Part shown: positions 59,574-64,000 of the stretch, piece by piece
How positions within the stretch are numbered: position 1 is the first letter of the stretch
Layout: each line of letters starts with the position of its first letter
Source of the DNA: Nitrospirota bacterium
Lineage (GTDB): Bacteria > Nitrospirota > UBA9217
Direction of reading: 5' to 3'
DNA: 64,000 nt
NCBI GenBank assembly: GCA_963751455.1
Contig: CAVVUN010000003.1
Coordinates: 96,001 to 160,000 of the forward strand
Translations under genes and position numbers: made by a program
The notes under the pieces: generated by a model
Told to the model about the DNA's origin: nothing
Databases searched by the model: none
The model's input: the letters and a program-made list of their open reading frames with translations, nothing else

Positions 59574-59611
59574 ATTACCAAAAGATAATATTGCGGCAAT
59601 CTTCAGGTAAA
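59574..59611 (+). promoter_or_regulatory. Possible OmpR-family regulator box upstream of the sulfatase gene
   Basis: ATTACCAAAAGATAAT quasi-palindrome, then GATAAT/GGCAAT/GGTAAA at 11-bp period. Confidence 0.35.
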
Positions 59612-59700
59612 CCCCTTATTGTATCATTCCTTCAATATTTTTTATTGCTATAGTCCAAGCAAGAACACTTCGGCCATTGCGGCATATGTAAAGGGGCAGC

Positions 59701-61620
59701 ATGTTCTCAAAAAACAGGTTCCGTATTCTCTATCTTTTTTCAGCAGTCTTCCTGGCTCTATCCTTTTTCATCAGAACCGCCCTGTTTATCAGGGCACTTC
59801 CCGGAGTGGACCTGAGCCTGCTCCTCTCCCTGAAGATCTACGGAATGGGACTGTTGTACGACTGCGCCGCCCTGACATATTTCACCATTCCCTTTGCTCT
59901 TTATCTTACCGTTGTACCCGTAAAGATTTTTGAGCACAGGCTTCATCGGCCGTTCGTTCATACTGTCTTCGGTCTTGTACTCTACCTTCTCTTGTTCAGC
60001 GCCGTCGCAGAGTATCTGTTCTTTGACGAGTTTGGAACGCGGTTTAATTTCATAGCCATAGACTACCTTGTCTATACCCGCGAAGTTATGGGCAATATCA
60101 GGGAATCATATTCGCTGAACCACATCCTTGCTGGGATTTTTCTGGCGACAATGGCTTTCTACCTGGTCATCCGAAAGCAGATCGACCTCTCTCTCAAAGT
60201 ACAGGCCGACAGCGTGATCCGGAGGCTGAGGTACTGCGCGGCCTTTGTTCTGCTGACCGTAGCTTCATTTGTTTTTGTAGACCAGTCATGGAGAAACATA
60301 TCACATAACAGCTATGCCAATGAGCTTGCGGGAAACGGGATCTATGATCTCTTCGCGGCCTTCAGGAACAGCGATCTTGATTATCAACGATTCTATTCCG
60401 GGACGAACGAGAAAATAGCGCTTGCACATCTCGGCGAACTGCTGCGTGAGAAAAACAACCACAAAGTCACCGGCGACATGCGGGACGTCGCGAGAGAGAT
60501 CTCAAACCCCGGCAAAGAAAAGAAGCTTAACGTGGTCGTTATTGTAGAAGAAAGCCTGAGCGCTGAGTACCTCGGTGTTTTCGGCAGTACCCGCGGCCTT
60601 ACGCCAAATCTCGACAAGCTCGCTAAAAAATCGCTGCTCTTTACCCATATCTACGCGACAGGTACGAGGACCGTGCGAGGTCTTGAGGCAATCACTCTCT
60701 CCCTGCCGCCCCTGCCCGGCACATCCATCATTAAGCGGTCGAAGAATGAAAACTTCTTTTCCTGGGGCTCGCTTATGAAAACAAAGGGGTATGACACGAA
60801 GTTCATCTACGGAGGCTACGGGTATTTCGACAACATGAATTACTTCTTCAGCCATAATGGATTCGATATCGTGGATCGAAGCGACTTTGCTGAGGGCCAG
60901 ACAACCTTTGCCAACGCCTGGGGGGTCTGCGACGAAGACCTGTTCAAAAAAGTCATCCAGGAAGCGGAAAAATCACATAACGCAGGGAAACCTTTTTTCA
61001 GCATGGTCATGACCACGTCGAATCATCGGCCATACACCTATCCGGACGGGAAGATAGAAATCGCATCAGGCACTGGTCGCAGCGGGGGTGTGAAGTATGC
61101 GGACTATGCAATCGGCCGTCTTATCGAAAAAGCCAAACAACAGCCCTGGTTTAAAAATACCGTTTTCGTCATCATCGCCGACCATTGCGCAGCAAGCGCC
61201 GGAAAAACCGATTTGCCGGCAAAACGCTACGAAATTCCGATGCTTGTGTATGCGCCGTCGCACCTGAAGCCGGGAAGGGTCGATAAAATGGCCAGCCAGA
61301 TCGACGTGGCGCCTACGGTCCTTGGACTCCTCAATATGAGCTATCGCACGAAATTTTTCGGGAAAAACGTTTTGAAGATGGAGCCTTTTCAGGAGCGGGC
61401 ATTCATATCGACCTATCAGAAACTCGGATTCCTTAAAGATAATGTCCTGATCATTTTGAGCCCCGGGAAAAGCGAACATGCGTACCGTGTCAATCGGTCA
61501 GATGGCAATATGCGGGAAGTTCAACCTCCCGAGCGTATTTTGAACGATGCCATTGCATACTATCAGGGTGCTGACTTCCTCGTCCGCACGCGGTTAAACA
61601 AAGTCGGCGCCCGGGATTAA
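59701..61620 (+). CDS. LTA-synthase-family membrane sulfatase/phosphoglycerol transferase
   Basis: N-terminal TMs; NVVVIVEESL; TPNLD; GTRTVRGLEA; TTSNHRPY; IADH; SQIDVAPT. Confidence 0.92.
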   Translation: MFSKNRFRILYLFSAVFLALSFFIRTALFIRALPGVDLSLLLSLKIYGMGLLYDCAALTYFTIPFALYLTVVPVKIFEHRLHRPFVHTVFGLVLYLLLFSAVAEYLFFDEFGTRFNFIAIDYLVYTREVMGNIRESYSLNHILAGIFLATMAFYLVIRKQIDLSLKVQADSVIRRLRYCAAFVLLTVASFVFVDQSWRNISHNSYANELAGNGIYDLFAAFRNSDLDYQRFYSGTNEKIALAHLGELLREKNNHKVTGDMRDVAREISNPGKEKKLNVVVIVEESLSAEYLGVFGSTRGLTPNLDKLAKKSLLFTHIYATGTRTVRGLEAITLSLPPLPGTSIIKRSKNENFFSWGSLMKTKGYDTKFIYGGYGYFDNMNYFFSHNGFDIVDRSDFAEGQTTFANAWGVCDEDLFKKVIQEAEKSHNAGKPFFSMVMTTSNHRPYTYPDGKIEIASGTGRSGGVKYADYAIGRLIEKAKQQPWFKNTVFVIIADHCAASAGKTDLPAKRYEIPMLVYAPSHLKPGRVDKMASQIDVAPTVLGLLNMSYRTKFFGKNVLKMEPFQERAFISTYQKLGFLKDNVLIILSPGKSEHAYRVNRSDGNMREVQPPERILNDAIAYYQGADFLVRTRLNKVGARD

Positions 61621-61851
61621 TAATATCGTTTTGCTCTCAAGAAAGCCCTTATTTGCGGAGGGCCAGCGCCTTCTTGTGCCTGCCGGTTAGTTAATCTCTG
61701 ATAGAGGCTGCAGCAAGGATTGACTCTTGCTCAATTCAGCTCCGTTTCCCTCTAATCTGAACAGAAAATGTTTTTATTTCCCATATTTATATTGACTTTG
61801 ACTTTCCCAAAGTGCTAATATTTTTACAACTTTAGTTCTGAAAGGGTCTTC

Positions 61852-63144
61852 GTGGCAGGCGAAAAAATTCTGAACATCGATGACAGTCCGACGGTCCAGA
61901 AATTGATCGAGATGATCCTGTCGTCTCAGGGCTACCAGGTAATTCTTGCCTCCGATGGGGAAGCCGGCATTGCCAAAGCCAAAGCGGAAAAGCCGGCCGT
62001 CATCCTTGTTGACTTCGTCATGCCGAAGATGAACGGCTTTCAGGTCTGCAAGACCCTGAAGGAAGACCCGGATTTCAAGGATACGCCGATCATTCTCGTT
62101 ACCTCCAAGGGTGACACGGTAGGAAGCAAGTTCGTGGACGTCCTCGGCATCACCGAGTATTTTACCAAGCCATTTCAGCCTGAAGAACTGCTCTCGAAAA
62201 TACGTGAAGTAATCGATAAAAAGCAGGCGCCTGCCGTTCAGACTGCCCGAAGCGGGGAAAAGAAAACATCCGCCGCTCCGATAGCGGCGTCAGTGCAACC
62301 CTCATCAACTGTGCCTCAGGGACTTGAGACCATGGTTCGTGAACTCGTCGAAAAGATTCTCGATGAGTTTGTAAAAAAATCCTTGCCCGAGCTGGTACGG
62401 CTTGAACTGGGCAAAACACAAACACAGCAGCACGTAGGGATTCAGGGTGACCTGTCAAGTTTTCGGATTGTTGAAGTCATGCAGATGCTGGGGCTCCAGC
62501 GCCAGACCGGCAGGCTCGCAATCACAAGGACAAGCGACGGGGCCGAAATCTATTTCAGCGAAGGCGCGATTGTCTATGCAACCTCGGTCTGCGACCGGGT
62601 CAAGGGAGGGCTTGAAGGACTGCTGAAAGTCACCTGCAAACTGCAGGAAGACAGCTGGCGGCATGTCGAGCGGATAGCGGAAATGACCGATCAGCCGATA
62701 GATACGATACTGGCCCAGGAAAGGCTGCTCGATCTTCGCACCTTCGCCGACAGCCTGAGGCGTCATACCGAGTCGGCTGTGTACAAAGCGATGGCGTGGC
62801 GCGACGGAGAATTCATTTTCGAGAAGAGCGCGCCGCCGAAGTTTTCGGCACCGCTCCATCTCAAGGTGGATGACCTGCTGCTCGAGGGAGCCCGGCGTGC
62901 CGATGAATGGACGCTTATCCAGCAGAAGATACCGGACTTCAACATGGTTTTCGATCCTATGATCGGCAACGCGGAAGAACTCACAACACGGGGCATGAGC
63001 GATGTGGACTTGAAGGTCTTTTCGCTCATCGACGGCAGACGAACAATCCAGAATATCATAGACCAGTCTTTTATCAGTGAGTTCGATGTCGCAAAAAGCA
63101 CGTTCATACTGCTGTCGGTGAACCTGATAAAGAAAAAAAAATAA
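61852..63144 (+). CDS. Response regulator with REC and DUF4388 domains (PilG/PatA-like)
   Basis: REC (IDDS, VDFVMP, TKPF); IQGDLSSFRIVEVMQML..QTGRL; WRDGEFIF; LLLEGARRADEW. Confidence 0.85.
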   Translation: MAGEKILNIDDSPTVQKLIEMILSSQGYQVILASDGEAGIAKAKAEKPAVILVDFVMPKMNGFQVCKTLKEDPDFKDTPIILVTSKGDTVGSKFVDVLGITEYFTKPFQPEELLSKIREVIDKKQAPAVQTARSGEKKTSAAPIAASVQPSSTVPQGLETMVRELVEKILDEFVKKSLPELVRLELGKTQTQQHVGIQGDLSSFRIVEVMQMLGLQRQTGRLAITRTSDGAEIYFSEGAIVYATSVCDRVKGGLEGLLKVTCKLQEDSWRHVERIAEMTDQPIDTILAQERLLDLRTFADSLRRHTESAVYKAMAWRDGEFIFEKSAPPKFSAPLHLKVDDLLLEGARRADEWTLIQQKIPDFNMVFDPMIGNAEELTTRGMSDVDLKVFSLIDGRRTIQNIIDQSFISEFDVAKSTFILLSVNLIKKKK

Positions 63145-63305
63145 GCCGCTTGAGAGCATGAATGGACTTCACAAATTCGCCGACTCGAGGGGCCCGACAC
63201 GGGGCGCCTGCGAACAGAACCGCCCGTAATAAAAGGAAAACTTGACACAACAAAAGAAATATGTTAGTTTTTGTTTTAATTGCTTCTTGAAAAAGGAGAA
63301 CCAGA

Positions 63306-63665
63306 ATGGCCAAAATACTCATAGCAGACGACAGCTTGGCAGAGCTCCAGATATTTCAGCAGGCGCTCCAGCCTTCAGGCCATACGATTGTTTCCGTCAT
63401 GGATGGTGAAGCGGCGGAACAAAAGGTCAAAACCGAGAAAATCGATCTGATCATTCTTGATGTCATCATGCCCAAAAAAAACGGGTTTCAGGTATGCCGG
63501 GACATCAAGAGCAATGACCAGTTCAAGAACATACCGATCATCATGGTAACTTCAAAAGATCAGGAGAGCGATAAGTTCTGGGGAATGAAACAGGGCGCCG
63601 ATGAGTATTTAACGAAGCCGTTCAAGCCTGAAGACCTGCTCAAGGCCGTTAAAAAATACATCTAG
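63306..63665 (+). CDS. PilH-like single-domain response regulator
   Basis: LDVIMPKKNGFQVCR; TSKDQESDKFWGMKQGADEYLTKPF. Confidence 0.88.
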   Translation: MAKILIADDSLAELQIFQQALQPSGHTIVSVMDGEAAEQKVKTEKIDLIILDVIMPKKNGFQVCRDIKSNDQFKNIPIIMVTSKDQESDKFWGMKQGADEYLTKPFKPEDLLKAVKKYI

Positions 63666-63683
63666 CCCTGGAGGGTGCCCGTT

Positions 63684-64000
63684 TTGGCCGAAATCGACAA
63701 TGGCGTCACCGCCGATGCGATCACTGTTTTGCCGGAGGAGACAATACGGGTTTGCCTCTTCACGATGGGCGAGGACATCTATGCCATCCCGGTCGAGGCG
63801 CTGACCGAAATCATCATCTCCCAGAAAATATTTCCTGTTCCTACCACACCTACCCACGTTCTCGGCGTCATTAACCTGCGGGGCAATATTATTCCGATCG
63901 TCGATATACGGCCCGCGCTTGCTTTGCCGGGGCAGTCTACACCCTCCCAGATAGCGATTTTGAAACAAGGTCCGCTTACGCTCGGCATTGTCGTCGACAA
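63684..64000 (+). CDS. CheW-like protein (PilI-like), truncated by window edge
   Basis: Not in the ORF track. Hand translation from TTG after GGAGG: ...RVCLFTMGEDIYAIPVEALTEII..VPTTPTHVLGVINLRGNIIPIVDIR..LGIVVD. Confidence 0.88.
   Translation, partial: MAEIDNGVTADAITVLPEETIRVCLFTMGEDIYAIPVEALTEIIISQKIFPVPTTPTHVLGVINLRGNIIPIVDIRPALALPGQSTPSQIAILKQGPLTLGIVVD

Overview
Bacterial chromosomal window, mostly GC-rich; gene content resembles Nitrospirota or Desulfobacterota (inference only). (1) 1-18.8 kb, minus strand: a chemosensory operon (DUF4388, CheY, CheA, ExeA-like ATPase, CheW, three long MCPs, CheW, HEAT-repeat protein). Inside it sit a porin-cytochrome module (OmcB-like multiheme lipoprotein, MtrA/DmsE decaheme, MtrB/PioB porin) and an orphan solute-binding protein. 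(2) 19-43 kb: housekeeping genes (yajQ, lolA, ftsK, uppP, lipid kinase, REC-PAS-GGDEF-EAL, glgP, mfd, PPIases/surA, CapA, uvrA, RlmI-like). (3) 43.0-50.9 kb: tRNA-Val(CAC) followed by two stacked mini-islands with no intact integrase. Each ends in a 45-bp copy of the tRNA 3' half, carries its own terminator, and has its own pair of arm-type repeat doublets with the same 11/12-bp geometry. Island 2 retains an unannotated tyrosine-integrase C-terminal stub. Island 1 cargo: HTH-Zn-peptidase + PIN, IS1380, DUF4238-like. Island 2 cargo: ClpP-like protease and a coupled TIGR04255-like/75-aa/211-aa operon, a candidate undescribed defence or toxin-antitoxin system. (4) 51-64 kb: FecR-Ig protein, a MITE, dksA, HD-GYP, Smr, icd, a PAP2/two-component/LTA-synthase-family cluster and the start of a second (Pil/Chp-like) chemosensory operon. 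Several small intergenic repeat families are present. All family assignments come from motif recognition by eye; no database searches were run.
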